DNA of 64,000 nt, taken from contig JAAZLH010000161.1 in NCBI GenBank assembly GCA_012799415.1, positions 217-64,216 of the forward strand, written 5' to 3'. Source of the DNA: Candidatus Epulonipiscium sp. (GTDB lineage Bacteria; Bacillota; Clostridia; Lachnospirales; JAAYNZ01). This document shows, piece by piece, positions 1 to 10,868 of this stretch; position 1 is the first letter of the stretch, and each line of letters begins with the position of its first letter. The position numbers and the translations under genes were made by a program. The notes under the pieces are model-generated. The model did no database searches, was not told the origin of the DNA, and saw only the letters and a program-made list of their open reading frames with translations.

Positions 1-988
1 TAGCGACAGGCGCCATAACTTGAGCAATAGTTCCTGTTCCACAGTATAAATCAAAGATTGTCTTTCCTGTTGTATCCCCTGCAAAATCACGAACCATACA
101 ATAAAGCTTTTCTGCTCCTAAAGTATTTGTTTGGAAAAAAGAAAAGGCAGAAACTTCGAAAGTAAGGCCTAGAAGTTCTTCTTTAAAAGCCTCTTCGCCA
201 TAGATTACTCGAGTTTCATCACTTTTAACTACATCAGCTATACTATCATTGAGAGTATGCAGAAATCCTTTTAGAATTCCTTTTAGAGGAGCTTGTAAGA
301 TTTTCTGAACTAAATCATCTAATAATAATTCCTGCTGAGAACTAGTAACTAAGTTCACCATGATTTCCCCGGTTTTGATGCCTTTTCGTACGACAAGATG
401 ACGAAGTACCCCTTCATGGCTCTTTTTGTGGAAAAATGGTATTTCCTTGCCCTGAAAATAATTTAACACAAGCTGTAAAATAATCCGAAAATCTTCATCT
501 ACAATCTGACAATGGGTTGCCGTAACAACTTCATAAAAACTCTTTCTTTTTCTCATTCCTAAGGCCAATGGCCCTTCTTTTTCTTCATCCCCAAAAGAAA
601 ACTCCATTTTATTTCTATATTCCCACTCCTGTGGGCTAGCTTCAATGCCCAAAAACTGTTCGTCTTTTATATGAAAAGGAGCTAATAAATTTCGAATTTG
701 CTGTTCTTTCATTTTAAGTTGTTCTTCATAAGGAAGATTCTGATAACTACAGCCACCACAGGGTCCAAAATGCGGACACTGCGCTTCTTGTTCATAAGAT
801 GCTTTTTTTATAACTTCTTGCATTTCACCTTGAAATATTCCGTTTCGTTTTTTCGTAATGCGAACTTGGAGCTTTTGCCCTACTACTCCTCCCTTTACAA
901 TTACTTTTTCGCCATCTATTTCTAAAATAGCTTTGTTGGGAAAATGAACTTCTTGTACAATGCCTTCTACTATATCATTTTTTTTCAT
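1..988 (-). CDS. 23S rRNA (uracil-5-)-methyltransferase, RumA/RlmD family; N-terminal part only, the C-terminus lies beyond the window start
   Basis: Absent from the ORF track because there is no stop in the window. My minus-strand translation from the ATG at 988 gives MKKNDIVEGIVQEVHFPNKAILEIDGEKV (TRAM-like). It continues with AQCPHFGPCGGCSYQN (Fe-S cysteine cluster typical of RumA) and ends IFDLYCGTGTIAQVMAPVA (SAM-binding motif). An AGAGGAGAA RBS lies upstream. Confidence 0.8.
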   Translation of the reverse strand, partial: MKKNDIVEGIVQEVHFPNKAILEIDGEKVIVKGGVVGQKLQVRITKKRNGIFQGEMQEVIKKASYEQEAQCPHFGPCGGCSYQNLPYEEQLKMKEQQIRNLLAPFHIKDEQFLGIEASPQEWEYRNKMEFSFGDEEKEGPLALGMRKRKSFYEVVTATHCQIVDEDFRIILQLVLNYFQGKEIPFFHKKSHEGVLRHLVVRKGIKTGEIMVNLVTSSQQELLLDDLVQKILQAPLKGILKGFLHTLNDSIADVVKSDETRVIYGEEAFKEELLGLTFEVSAFSFFQTNTLGAEKLYCMVRDFAGDTTGKTIFDLYCGTGTIAQVMAPVA

Positions 989-1060
989 ACTGTTCTCCTC
1001 TATACTGTCTTCTTACCTTGTCTACACAAGCAAATTCCAAAAATGTGTTTTTCTATAAAT

Positions 1061-1110
1061 TTACTAGGAAAGTTTGATCCCTTGTAAGCAAGACGAACTT
1101 TCCTCATTCA
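1061..1110. repeat. 50-nt palindromic intergenic repeat, copy A
   Basis: TTACTAGGAAAGTTTGATCCCTTGTAAGCAAGACGAACTTTCCTCATTCA. It aligns position for position with the copies at 2657, 18477 and 20193. Nested inverted repeats are GAAAGTTT/AAACTTTC and CTTG/CAAG. Confidence 0.75.
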
Positions 1111-1111
1111 T

Positions 1112-1139
1112 GAAAAAGACATCCCTGCGGATGTCTTTG
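1112..1139 (-). terminator. Rho-independent terminator after the 114-aa gene
   Basis: Minus-strand hairpin AAAGACATCC-gcag-GGATGTCTTT followed by TTTTC. Confidence 0.7.
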
Positions 1140-1169
1140 ATTACAATATTATTTTACGGATAAAAACTT

Positions 1170-1514
1170 TTATTCTTCATCTACCCCATCTTCAAGTTCA
1201 TGAGTCATTGATGATTCTAAGGTTTCTTTAAGTTCATCAATATCATAAGCATCTCCATCGATAGCTATGATATTTTCATCCTCTTCAAAATCCCAGTCTT
1301 CATCGTCCCAATCCTCATCATCCCAATCATCCCACTCATCATCAAAGAACCCTAAGTACCAGACAGCAACGCCAATACCGATTAATAGAGTTAAACTTCC
1401 TAACGCAATCCAAAGCCATGTTCGGTCTTTTTTATTTTGTTTGGTCATTTTTTTCATCATACTTTTAAGTTCTTTCATATCCATATAACGTTTTTTGCAC
1501 ATTTTAGTAAACAT
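1170..1514 (-). CDS. Hypothetical membrane-anchored protein with a Trp/Asp/Glu-rich acidic tail
   Basis: 114-aa ORF with a GGAGAA RBS about 8 nt upstream. It has a basic N-terminus, one hydrophobic segment (WLWIALGSLTLLIGIGVAVWYLGFF), then DDEWDDWDDEDWDDEDWDFEEDE. Confidence 0.5.
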   Translation of the reverse strand: MFTKMCKKRYMDMKELKSMMKKMTKQNKKDRTWLWIALGSLTLLIGIGVAVWYLGFFDDEWDDWDDEDWDDEDWDFEEDENIIAIDGDAYDIDELKETLESSMTHELEDGVDEE

Positions 1515-1817
1515 ATATATTCTCCTTTCCGTAGCTAATTGTCATCATGTCCTTAGTATACCACGAAGATTTGAAAAATAACAGATAATTTTTGAAATTA
1601 CTTCTAAATATTCGATTCTTTTTATTTTGCCCATTTTATTTAATTATTATAACTATGTAAAATCTATGGGTTTAAATTTTAAAAATAAATCTATCTAAAA
1701 GCAGGCCTATATATTAAGCTCTGTCTTTTAATTTTACAACTGTAAAAAACAACTAAAAAATCATGATATATGGCCTGTGATAGATTTAAGATTTAAAATT
1801 TAAGACAAGCAAACATA

Positions 1818-2561
1818 CTATCCCTCAAAATCCTCAGGAAATTCAGCGTTATGCCAAATATTTTGCACATCATCGTCGTCTTCTAAGAGTTCTAGCATTT
1901 TACTCATTTTTTTCAGATCTTCTGGGTCTGACAATTCAACAATCGTTTGTGGCAGCATTGTTACTTCTGCTGATAACATAGATATTTTTTCCTCTTCTAT
2001 TACTTGGTATACAGCAGAAAAATCTTCTGGTGTAGTGATAATCTCATATCCTTCTTCTTCTGCAATAAAATCTTCTGCCCCTGCCTCTAAAGCTAGCATC
2101 ATTAAATCATCTTCCACAATATCATCAGATTTCTCGATAACAATTTCACCTTTTTTATCGAACATAAAGGATACGCAACCTGTTGTTCCTAAGTTACCCC
2201 CACCTTTTGTAAATCCATGTCTTACATTGGCTGCTGTTCGATTTTTATTATCTGTCAATACCTCTACAATAACAGCAACGCCACTTGGACCATATCCTTC
2301 ATACATAATGGTTTCATATTGAACTCCATCATTATCACCTGCAGCTCTTTTAATGGCTCGCTCTATCGTATCATTTGGCATATTGTTAGACTTTGCCTTA
2401 GCAACAGCATCTTTAAGCCTTCGATTCGTCTCTGGATCTGGTCCTCCCTCTTTTACTGCAACAGCAATCTCCCTACCTAATTTCGTAAATATTTTTCCTT
2501 TTTGTGCATCATTTTTTGCTTTTTTATGCTTTATATTAGCAAACTTAGAATGTCCAGCCAT
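1818..2561 (-). CDS. yebC: YebC/PmpR family DNA-binding transcriptional regulator
   Basis: The N-terminus [32 protein letters not shown] is the hallmark of the YebC family. Length is 247 aa. Confidence 0.9.
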   Translation of the reverse strand: MAGHSKFANIKHKKAKNDAQKGKIFTKLGREIAVAVKEGGPDPETNRRLKDAVAKAKSNNMPNDTIERAIKRAAGDNDGVQYETIMYEGYGPSGVAVIVEVLTDNKNRTAANVRHGFTKGGGNLGTTGCVSFMFDKKGEIVIEKSDDIVEDDLMMLALEAGAEDFIAEEEGYEIITTPEDFSAVYQVIEEEKISMLSAEVTMLPQTIVELSDPEDLKKMSKMLELLEDDDDVQNIWHNAEFPEDFEG

Positions 2562-2656
2562 TTATTAACCGTTCTCAAAACCTTTAATAGGTTTTTGTAA
2601 CGGTTTCCCTCCCTTCTATTTTTACATTTAAACAAATAACCAAGAATCTCATCCCT

Positions 2657-2706
2657 GAACTAGTGAAAGTTTAGTTTTTTGCAAATAAGGCTAAATTTCT
2701 AGTTCA
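2657..2706. repeat. 50-nt palindromic intergenic repeat, copy D (most diverged)
   Basis: GAACTAGTGAAAGTTTAGTTTTTTGCAAATAAGGCTAAATTTCTAGTTCA. The terminal inverted repeat GAACTAG/CTAGTTC is perfect. Confidence 0.65.
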
Positions 2707-2734
2707 AACTGAAAATATAGGTAATAAAAATATA

Positions 2735-3319
2735 TCAAAAACCTAACCAAGTTACTTTTTTAGATAAATCAGGATCTTCTCTTTCCGGTGCAGGTGGATT
2801 CATATCTGGGTAACCTATAGGAATAATACCTGCAATTCCCTGATTTTTAGGTAGTTGTAATATTTTTTTCGTCTCTTCTTTTGCGGCAACTTCCCCTGCT
2901 ATCCATACGGTTCCTAGGCCTTCTTCATATGCTGCTAAACATAAGTTTTGAATCGCTGCACTTGCAGCCCGTAAAGATTCCTCCGTTGTAATTGCATCTT
3001 CATCAATCTCATAGGTTACTATAATATGGACAGGGGCTCCTCCAAAGTCTTTTGCATATTCAAGCATACCTTTTTTCTTTTCTGCTGGAATATAAGGAGC
3101 ATTTGGGATGTAGCCTTGCGCCCAGTCAGAAAAAACAGCACATATTTCCTCACGTGGTTTCCCTTTCGCAACAACAAAACACCAAGGTTGATGGTTTCCA
3201 TTAGATGGAGCCCAGTTAGCAGCATGGAGTACTGTTTTAATTTTCTCTATTGGCACTTCTTGATTTTTATATTTCCGTATACTTCTTCTTTGTTGAATCG
3301 TATCTAAAATAGAGCTCAT
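2735..3319 (-). CDS. Nitroreductase family protein
   Basis: 194 aa. The N-terminal RRSIRKY motif and overall layout are typical of NAD(P)H-flavin nitroreductases. Confidence 0.8.
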   Translation of the reverse strand: MSSILDTIQQRRSIRKYKNQEVPIEKIKTVLHAANWAPSNGNHQPWCFVVAKGKPREEICAVFSDWAQGYIPNAPYIPAEKKKGMLEYAKDFGGAPVHIIVTYEIDEDAITTEESLRAASAAIQNLCLAAYEEGLGTVWIAGEVAAKEETKKILQLPKNQGIAGIIPIGYPDMNPPAPEREDPDLSKKVTWLGF

Positions 3320-3415
3320 CCTATTGTTTCCTTTCTAAGAATAAAATTGTGTATCCTTCTATTTAGTATAATCATTTTCATTAGAATATGCAAGGGTTTG
3401 CCTTACTAAAACAAT

Positions 3416-3449
3416 AAATCCTCACCTATTTTTTTAAAGGTGAGGATTT
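3416..3449 (-). terminator. Terminator downstream of cysK
   Basis: 12-bp stem AAATCCTCACCT/AGGTGAGGATTT with a T-rich flank on the minus strand. Confidence 0.75.
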
Positions 3450-3483
3450 CTCTTTGCCCTATGCTAAATATGGCTAGTAATCT

Positions 3484-4407
3484 TTAAGCTTCTTCATACA
3501 AAGGAGTACTTAGATATCTTTCTCCATAGCTTGGAGAAATAGCCAGTACTTTCTTTCCTTTTCCTAATCTTTTAGCCACTTTTAAGGCTGCTGCAATGGC
3601 TGCTCCTGATGAAATACCAACTAAAATTCCTTCTTTTCTAGCTACCCTACGGGCCGTTTCTAATGCCTCTTCATCTTCAATTGCCTCAATACTATCATAG
3701 ATCTTTGTATTTAGGACATCAGGAACAAATCCAGCTCCAATTCCTTGAATCTTATGCGGACCTTTTTCTCCTTTTGATAAAACAGGAGAGTTAGCAGGCT
3801 CCACCGCAACAATTTCAATATGCGGGATTTTTTCCTTCAGTACTTCTCCGCAACCTGTAATAGTTCCACCTGTACCAATCCCAGATACAAATGCATCTAG
3901 ATCAGTACCCATAGCTTCTATTATTTCCTGGCCAGTAGTTTGGCGATGGATCTCTGGGTTCGCAGGGTTAGCAAATTGTTGTGGCATAAAGTAGCCATTC
4001 TCTTTTGCCAATTCTTCTGCTTTTTTAATAGCACCAGGCATACCATTGGCACCAGGAGTTAAAACTAACTCTGCACCAAAAGCTTTGAGTAATTTTCTTC
4101 TTTCAACACTCATTGTATCGGGCATAGTAAGAATCACTTTATATCCTTTGGATGCTCCTACCATAGCCAAGCCAATTCCTGTATTTCCACTAGTGGGCTC
4201 CACAATAGTATCCCCTGCTTTTAACTTTCCTGCTTTTTCTGCACTATCAATCATAGCATAAGCAATACGATCTTTTACACTGCTTCCTGGGTTATACCAT
4301 TCTAATTTCACATATATTTCCGCACTATCTTCCTCTACAATATTGTTTAATTTTACAATAGGTGTGTTACCTATAAGTTCATTAATATTTTGATATACTT
4401 TTGCCAC
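3484..4407 (-). CDS. cysK: Cysteine synthase A (O-acetylserine sulfhydrylase)
   Basis: 307 aa. Contains [10 protein letters not shown], the PLP-lysine context SVKDR, and [10 protein letters not shown] plus [10 protein letters not shown] loops. Confidence 0.9.
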   Translation of the reverse strand: MAKVYQNINELIGNTPIVKLNNIVEEDSAEIYVKLEWYNPGSSVKDRIAYAMIDSAEKAGKLKAGDTIVEPTSGNTGIGLAMVGASKGYKVILTMPDTMSVERRKLLKAFGAELVLTPGANGMPGAIKKAEELAKENGYFMPQQFANPANPEIHRQTTGQEIIEAMGTDLDAFVSGIGTGGTITGCGEVLKEKIPHIEIVAVEPANSPVLSKGEKGPHKIQGIGAGFVPDVLNTKIYDSIEAIEDEEALETARRVARKEGILVGISSGAAIAAALKVAKRLGKGKKVLAISPSYGERYLSTPLYEEA

Positions 4408-4485
4408 TTTGTTAGCCTCCTTTTTTATATCATACTATTCATATATGAATTGTTGATATTATTATAATCCTTTTGCTTTTATTTG

Positions 4486-4884
4486 TCAACGAATTGTTTT
4501 CAAGGCCACAAGTACGCAAGCTTGAAGTGCGTTTATATCATTACTTTGTGCATATTCTAAAATTTCATCACTTACAGTTCCTGGTTGCAACCAGATATCT
4601 TTAATTCCGAGTTGTTTACACTCTTTTACCACTTCAACTCCGATTCTGGGATTTACAACAAAATCTACAACTTGAGGTGTTTCTGGAAGATCTGATAAAG
4701 TTTTATAGGCTTGATCTCCATCTATCTTTTCGTATTTTGGACTTATTGGATAAACAGTATAACCTGCATCCTTTAAGGCTTTATATATTTTATACCCATA
4801 TTTATCTGTATCCGTCGTTGCACCTACAACAGCCCATACCTTTTTCCCTAATAATCTTTTTCCCTCTTGTATATTATTTTCCAT
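4486..4884 (-). CDS. CoA-binding domain protein (YccU/YneT-like)
   Basis: 132 aa. VWAVVGATTDTDKYGYKIYKAL is a Rossmann-like CoA-binding signature. Confidence 0.75.
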   Translation of the reverse strand: MENNIQEGKRLLGKKVWAVVGATTDTDKYGYKIYKALKDAGYTVYPISPKYEKIDGDQAYKTLSDLPETPQVVDFVVNPRIGVEVVKECKQLGIKDIWLQPGTVSDEILEYAQSNDINALQACVLVALKTIR

Positions 4885-4909
4885 TTTATTTCCTCCTTAT
4901 AAAGTTAGT

Positions 4910-5572
4910 TTATAGATTAAACTCCAATTCTTCATTATGCCAAGTCCCATAAGCCACTTCTGTGGCAATGCACTTAGCTTGACCACTAGTCCAATCAATG
5001 ATTTGTTTTTCAAATCTTTCCTTTTGAGAGTACTCTACTAAAATAATCATTGTAACTTCTTCTGTATATAAAGTATCATGAATAACATATCCATTTTGTA
5101 AAACTTCATACTGTACTTTTCCCATAAGATTGTAATCAATAAATACTTCGAAACGCTGATACAAAATTTTAGTAACTATTTGTGCCGCAAGAATGCCCTC
5201 TTTCGCACTTCGCCCATAAGCCCGTACTAATCCACCAGTCCCTAGTAAAGTACCCCCAAAATATCTTGTGACAACGACTACTACATCTTTTAGATCCTCC
5301 CCCCGAATCATATCTAGTGTAGGAAGACCCGCTGTCCCACTAGGTTCTCCATCATCACTACAACGTTGAATTTCATTTCTTTCTCCTATTTGATAGGCAA
5401 ATACATTGTGAGCAGCATCCCAGTATTTCTTTTTTAATGACTCGATAAATTGTTGTGCTTCCGCTTCTGTTTTTACTGGAGCTACTGTTGCAATGAAGCG
5501 GGATCTTCTTTCTATAATTTCTGCTTCTGCTTGTTGCAAAACTGTTTTATATTTTTCTATCATCTGTTTCAC
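4910..5572 (-). CDS. yigZ: YigZ / IMPACT family protein
   Basis: 220 aa. Contains the RSRFIA motif, DDGEPSGTAG, and a C-terminal DUF1949-like ferredoxin-fold region. Confidence 0.8.
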   Translation of the reverse strand: MKQMIEKYKTVLQQAEAEIIERRSRFIATVAPVKTEAEAQQFIESLKKKYWDAAHNVFAYQIGERNEIQRCSDDGEPSGTAGLPTLDMIRGEDLKDVVVVVTRYFGGTLLGTGGLVRAYGRSAKEGILAAQIVTKILYQRFEVFIDYNLMGKVQYEVLQNGYVIHDTLYTEEVTMIILVEYSQKERFEKQIIDWTSGQAKCIATEVAYGTWHNEELEFNL

Positions 5573-5772
5573 CTACGTTTATTTTTGTTCCTACCTTCTT
5601 CATTCTACCATATCCTTTTTTCCTTTGCTATAAAATAACTTTAAATTCAGATAAATCTTATCTAAATGCCTAACCTCTTAACCTTAAACATTCTGTAATA
5701 TATTCAAACTTTCATTCCTTAAACAAAAAATAAACAAGACGACCTCTCCTAGTTCGTAAAAAACACCTTATA

Positions 5773-6096
5773 TCATGAACTGATATAAGGTGTTTCATAT
5801 AAATAGTCATCTAAAATATAAACCAAAGTCATGGGTGTTACGGTATGAGCAATAAGATGATTAAGTATTGTTTTTACTTTATCTTTGTTTTCAGATATTC
5901 TAGGTACCATATCTGACTCAATCGCAAATTTACTATTCGGAGTTTGACACCGTTTTGTAATTTCTATACCATACAAAGTTTGTACTGTATCAGTGTTTTC
6001 AACACTCTGTGTTTCAATTAGATAGTATTCTAATTGAATGGTATTCCCCTGCTCAATAATACAATTTCTTGTGCCTTCTAAAAATTTAGACGTCAT
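5773..6096 (-). CDS. Hypothetical protein (small, clostridial type)
   Basis: 107-aa ORF with no recognisable catalytic motif. It is isolated between long intergenic regions. Confidence 0.4.
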   Translation of the reverse strand: MTSKFLEGTRNCIIEQGNTIQLEYYLIETQSVENTDTVQTLYGIEITKRCQTPNSKFAIESDMVPRISENKDKVKTILNHLIAHTVTPMTLVYILDDYLYETPYISS

Positions 6097-6305
6097 GTTC
6101 TAGTAACCCCCTTCTTTATCTTAACGGTAAAGGTCCGATTTACCTTATACTGTACAAGGGTTATTATAAACAATCTTATTTTAAAAATCTAGGAAGGATT
6201 ATCGCATTTTTCTAAGGAAAAAGAGGCTATTTTGTTTTTTTTTCGCTTTTTTGACAGAAACATTGTCGAAATAGTAATTTGTATCACTGATTTTGCGAAA
6301 ACTTT

Positions 6306-7583
6306 TTATTCTTCCACCTTATATTTCTCCATTCTTTTACATACAGACATATCTGCATAAGCTTTAATATAGGTTCCTTCGGCACAATGTTCAGTAGTAA
6401 TTACTTCACACTGTCCATAGATAAATTGGACCCATTGGCTTTCATTATATGGAATAAGAACTTCTAAAATTTCTTTGTTTTCTTGTAATATCTCTTCAAT
6501 TCCTTGTAGTAATTCTTCCAATCCCTGATTTTCTTTGGCTGATATATAAAAAGTTTTACTAGCTTTAGGATCTATTGGCAAAGGTTGAGGTGAAGGAAGA
6601 TCTGTTTTATTATATACGGTAATAATAGGACATTGAATGCTACCAATTTGCTGAAGGGTCTCATATACGATCTCCATTTGGTGACTTAGGTTTATGCTCT
6701 GCGAATTTACTACATGTAATAAAACATCCGCATACTGTACCTCTTCTAAAGTAGAACGAAAGGCTTGTATAAGATGATGAGGCAGTTTATGAATAAACCC
6801 TACAGTATCAGAAATCAAAATTTCTGTTCCACCTGGTAACTCTACCTTTCGAGTCGTAGGATCTAAAGTAGCAAATAACTTATCTTCTGCTAATACACCC
6901 GCTTCTGTTAAAGTGTTTAGAAGTGTTGACTTACCAGCATTGGTGTAACCTATAATTCCCACTAAAGGAGTTCCAGTATTTTGCCTCCTATTTCTAATTA
7001 AGCTACGATGGCTTTCTAAATCTTTTAATTCCTTCTTTAATTCTTGAATATGAGCTCGAATATGTCTACGATCTGTTTCTAATTTTTGTTCCCCTGGCCC
7101 TCTAGTTCCAATTCCACCTCCAAGCCTAGACAATGATGTCCCAAGGCCAACTAATCGTGGCAGTCGATATTGCTGTTGAGCTAATTCAACTTGTAGTTTC
7201 CCTTCTCGGCTAGTGGCTCTTTGAGCAAATATATCTAAAATTAACATAGTTCGATCCATTACTTTACTGTCAAGAAGTTGCTCCAAGTTTCTTAACTGCA
7301 CAGGAGACAGTTCGTCATCACAAATGACACCCGTAGCATTATGTTCTGCTATTAGATTTTTAACCTCTTCTATTTTTCCTTTACCAATATAATGGGCAGA
7401 GTGAATATTATCCAAAGATTGAATCACTGTAGCAACCGTATCAGCTCCTGCTGTCTTTGCTAACTCTTCTAATTCCTGTACAGAATCTTTAGCAAGAACA
7501 GGAGACTGTTTAATATCAACGCCAATTAGAATTACTTTTTCTTTTATTTCTGCTGTATTTATAAGAGATTTTGTTTCTTTCAA
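6306..7583 (-). CDS. hflX: GTPase HflX
   Basis: 425 aa with a TTG start after GGAGAT. Contains the HflX N-domain and the motif RGPGEQKLETDRR. G1 is GYTNAGKST and G3 is DTVGF. Confidence 0.9.
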   Translation of the reverse strand: MKETKSLINTAEIKEKVILIGVDIKQSPVLAKDSVQELEELAKTAGADTVATVIQSLDNIHSAHYIGKGKIEEVKNLIAEHNATGVICDDELSPVQLRNLEQLLDSKVMDRTMLILDIFAQRATSREGKLQVELAQQQYRLPRLVGLGTSLSRLGGGIGTRGPGEQKLETDRRHIRAHIQELKKELKDLESHRSLIRNRRQNTGTPLVGIIGYTNAGKSTLLNTLTEAGVLAEDKLFATLDPTTRKVELPGGTEILISDTVGFIHKLPHHLIQAFRSTLEEVQYADVLLHVVNSQSINLSHQMEIVYETLQQIGSIQCPIITVYNKTDLPSPQPLPIDPKASKTFYISAKENQGLEELLQGIEEILQENKEILEVLIPYNESQWVQFIYGQCEVITTEHCAEGTYIKAYADMSVCKRMEKYKVEE

Positions 7584-7636
7584 TCTAACATCTCCTTTTC
7601 ATCTATCTTCTTCGTTGTATACTAATAAATTCTTTG

Positions 7637-8569
7637 TTATTGTTTAATTTCCCTCACTTTTACCTTTTTAAACATAATATCGATATCTGATTTTTTCATA
7701 GGACCTTCTGACTCCTGCTCCATAAAAGCTAAACTTGTTGCAACTGCTAACTTAGCAATTTTTTCTTGTTCATATTTTCGCTCAATACCAACGGCAAAAG
7801 CACCTAAGAAAGCATGGGTTGCCAAAGGATTATGAGTAAAATCCTTTTCTGGTGGTTCGATATAGCAAATTTTATTTTTAGACAAGAGATAGGCTCCTTG
7901 TACACCTAAATCTAATGCAAGGTAATGAATTCCCTTTTGTACCCATGGGTATAAATACTCCACTATTTTTTCATGAGATGTTTCCTCAATATTTAGATCA
8001 AGCAATCCTTCCTCCGTAATCTTTATAGCATAAGGATTTGCTTCTAATCCTTTTATCAATTGTTCTCCTTCTGTCGCTAATATGGTTTTTATATTTTGTT
8101 TTTTCCCCTCTATAATTAAGTCATAATACAGATTCGATGTAATACCTTCTGGAATATTATTACCTAAAATCATCACCCTGCCATTTTGCATATCACCATG
8201 GATTCGTTTCCTAAAATATTTTTCTTCCTTAGGTCCAATCATGATACCTCGATTGGAAAGTATAGTAACTTTCTCCGTTTTCTTTTCAATAATAGTTGTA
8301 TTTACTTGATTATGGGCTACAATCCAGCCAAAATTTGATTTTATATTACTACGATCTAATTCATTTTTTATATATCTACCATTCAGTTCTCCTAAAAATC
8401 CATGCACTAGTGGTTCGCCTTGCAATATTTTAATAACTTTAGCTGCATGTACACCTGCAGATTGAATTTCTATTTCTTGATCTTTAATCCAGTTTTTTTG
8501 CCCTACCTGTAATTCTTCTACATAATAGGTTTCATGAATAATTGGATTTAGTACAACGGTAATAATCAA
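7637..8569 (-). CDS. PfkB / 1-phosphofructokinase-fold protein with degenerate active-site motifs
   Basis: 310 aa, collinear with FruK-type kinases (TVVLNP..., HGFLGELNG, LALDLGVQGAYLL). The GGKG motif reads SAGV. The DTxGAGD motif reads NPLATHA. Confidence 0.6.
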   Translation of the reverse strand: MIITVVLNPIIHETYYVEELQVGQKNWIKDQEIEIQSAGVHAAKVIKILQGEPLVHGFLGELNGRYIKNELDRSNIKSNFGWIVAHNQVNTTIIEKKTEKVTILSNRGIMIGPKEEKYFRKRIHGDMQNGRVMILGNNIPEGITSNLYYDLIIEGKKQNIKTILATEGEQLIKGLEANPYAIKITEEGLLDLNIEETSHEKIVEYLYPWVQKGIHYLALDLGVQGAYLLSKNKICYIEPPEKDFTHNPLATHAFLGAFAVGIERKYEQEKIAKLAVATSLAFMEQESEGPMKKSDIDIMFKKVKVREIKQ

Positions 8570-8704
8570 AAACTTTCACCTTTCTTCCTTTTAGCCCTTT
8601 TCTCTTTAGTATACCAAAATTCTCCTAATATTTAAATATAAGAAAAATTTAAAAACATACTTTTAAGTTAACTAGGAAAAAATGATTCTCTTTCCTTGTT
8701 TAAA

Positions 8705-8733
8705 ATAAAATCTTGCCAAAAGGCAAGATTTTA
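8705..8733 (-). terminator. Terminator downstream of glutamine synthetase
   Basis: Hairpin AAAATCTTGCC-aaaa-GGCAAGATTTT followed by a T-run on the minus strand. Confidence 0.75.
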
Positions 8734-8747
8734 ACAATCTATATTAC

Positions 8748-10868
8748 TTATACATGAAATAATAACTCGCTATAAGTTGGAAATGGCCATAAATTCCCAT
8801 CAACTACAGTCTCTAGCTGGTCTCCTATACTACGTACTTTTTCCATGGCTACAAACACATAATCTCGATAATAACAGGCTTGTTCATAATGATTTTCTAG
8901 ATCTTGACTACTTTCCTTTAAATAATTTTCTAAAATTTCTAAAGCCTCATCAAACTGATCAAGTAATTCTGTAGCCTCGGCTAATATTTTCGTTGCAGTT
9001 TTTGATGAAACACCAGAGACCTGGTTAATCTCATTTATAGAATGAGCTAAATTTGTCGTATACGCTATAGTTGCCGGTATAATCTGCCTTTTTGCCATTT
9101 GTATCATAGTAGAAGCTTCTATATGAATTTGATTGATATAGTCTTCTAAAGCAATCTCATAGCGGGCATATAATTCAGTTTTAGAATATACACCATGTTT
9201 TGTAAATACATCAATGGATTTTTCAGAAATCAAATGTGGGATGGCTGCTACTGTATTTTTAATGTAAGGAAGCCCTCTCCTTTGGGCCTCTTCTACCCAC
9301 TCTTCAGTATATCCATTGCCATTGAAGATAATCCGTCTATGATTTCGTATCACTTCTTTTAGAATTTGTTGTACTTCATTATGGAAGTTTTCTGCTTGTT
9401 CTAAACGATCTGCCATGATTGATAATGTTTCTGCAACAACAGTATTAAGCACAATGTTTGCTCCAGATATAGATGCCGATGAAGGGACCATACGAAATTC
9501 AAATCGATTACCTGTAAAGGCAAAAGGGGATGTCCGGTTTCGATCAGTAGCATCTTTAGGGAAAGTAGGCAATGTAGATACTCCAATCTTTAATTCTCCA
9601 TATTGCTTACACTCTTTGGCTTTTCCGTTTTGAAATTGTTCTAAAATATCTGTTAGCTGTTCTCCTAAGAAAATAGAGATAATAGCAGGTGGGGCTTCAT
9701 TTGCACCTAGCCGATGATCATTTCCTGGATTAGATGCAAACATCCGAAGAATTTCTGCATATTCATCAACAGCTTGTATAACAGCCACCAAAAACACTAA
9801 AAACTGAGCATTCTCATGAGGGGTAGTACCTGGATCAAGTAAATTTTGACCATCATTAGTACACATAGACCAATTGTTATGTTTTCCAGATCCATTCATC
9901 CCTGCAAAAGGCTTCTCGTGCAGTAGACAGGCCAAATTATGGCGATGAGCAACATTCTTAAGTGTTTCCATAACCAATTGATTATGATCCGCTGCCACAT
10001 TTCCTGTTGTAAAAATTGGAGCAATTTCATATTGAGCAGGAGCTGTTTCATTATGTTTCGTTTTAGCTGAAACCCCTAATTTCCACAATTCATAATCTAA
10101 CTCTGCCATAAATGCTGAAATACGATCTGGAATATTTCCAAAATAGTGGTCCTCTAACTCTTGACCTTTTGGAGGCATAGCACCAAACAAACTTCTGCCA
10201 GCAAATATCAAATCTTTTCGTTGCTGATATAAACTTCTATCTACAAGAAAGTATTCCTGTTCTGCCCCTACTGTTGTAATAACTCTTTTTGCTGTTTGAT
10301 TTCCAAATAATCGAAGAACCCTCATAGCTTGTTTAGATAGTGCTTCCATGGATCTAAGTAAAGGTGTTTTCGTGTCCAATGCTTCCCCTGTATAAGAACA
10401 AAAAGCTGTTGGAATACATAAAGTTACATTACCTGCTGTATCTGCTTTTAAAAAGGCTGGGGATGTACAATCCCATGCCGTATAGCCTCGTGCCTCAAAT
10501 GTAGCTCGAAGTCCACCTGAAGGAAAAGAAGACGCATCTGGCTCTCCTTTAATAAGAGCTTTACCCGAAAACTCCATAATAGCTCTTCCATCGTCAGTTA
10601 AAGAAATAAAAGAGTCATGTTTTCCTGCTGTCATTCCAGTCATTGGTTGGAACCAATGGGTATAATGAGTAGCTCCCCTTTCTATTGCCCAATCCTTCAT
10701 GGCATTGGCGACAACTTCTGCTATACCTAATGTTAATTTTGCTCCTTCATCTATGGTCCGTTTTAATGCTCTATAAGTATCTTTAGGCAAACGTTGTTTC
10801 ATAACGCTATCATTAAAGACATTGATACCAAAAATTTCTGTGACCGATTTCTCACAACAACGACTCAT
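8748..10868 (-). CDS. glnN: Glutamine synthetase, type III
   Basis: 706 aa, the length class of GS-III. Contains the N-terminal [23 protein letters not shown] motif and the [18 protein letters not shown] catalytic region. Confidence 0.85.
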   Translation of the reverse strand: MSRCCEKSVTEIFGINVFNDSVMKQRLPKDTYRALKRTIDEGAKLTLGIAEVVANAMKDWAIERGATHYTHWFQPMTGMTAGKHDSFISLTDDGRAIMEFSGKALIKGEPDASSFPSGGLRATFEARGYTAWDCTSPAFLKADTAGNVTLCIPTAFCSYTGEALDTKTPLLRSMEALSKQAMRVLRLFGNQTAKRVITTVGAEQEYFLVDRSLYQQRKDLIFAGRSLFGAMPPKGQELEDHYFGNIPDRISAFMAELDYELWKLGVSAKTKHNETAPAQYEIAPIFTTGNVAADHNQLVMETLKNVAHRHNLACLLHEKPFAGMNGSGKHNNWSMCTNDGQNLLDPGTTPHENAQFLVFLVAVIQAVDEYAEILRMFASNPGNDHRLGANEAPPAIISIFLGEQLTDILEQFQNGKAKECKQYGELKIGVSTLPTFPKDATDRNRTSPFAFTGNRFEFRMVPSSASISGANIVLNTVVAETLSIMADRLEQAENFHNEVQQILKEVIRNHRRIIFNGNGYTEEWVEEAQRRGLPYIKNTVAAIPHLISEKSIDVFTKHGVYSKTELYARYEIALEDYINQIHIEASTMIQMAKRQIIPATIAYTTNLAHSINEINQVSGVSSKTATKILAEATELLDQFDEALEILENYLKESSQDLENHYEQACYYRDYVFVAMEKVRSIGDQLETVVDGNLWPFPTYSELLFHV

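Noticed and set aside
1627-1800. A long-range inverted repeat (AAATCTATC..CAGGCC / GGCCTG..GATAGATTT, with flanking TTTAAATTTTAAAA-like tracts) between the 114-aa gene and yebC.
   Set aside because: The arms are short (about 15 nt with a gap) and separated by about 70 nt in very AT-rich, low-complexity DNA. No second copy or associated ORF is present. It is possibly a terminator or UP-element region, but nothing specific can be supported.
6264-6270. A Spo0A box (TGTCGAA) in the hflX-downstream intergenic region.
   Set aside because: It is a single 7-mer occurrence in AT-rich DNA with no second box or recognisable promoter context. It is not supportable as a regulatory site.
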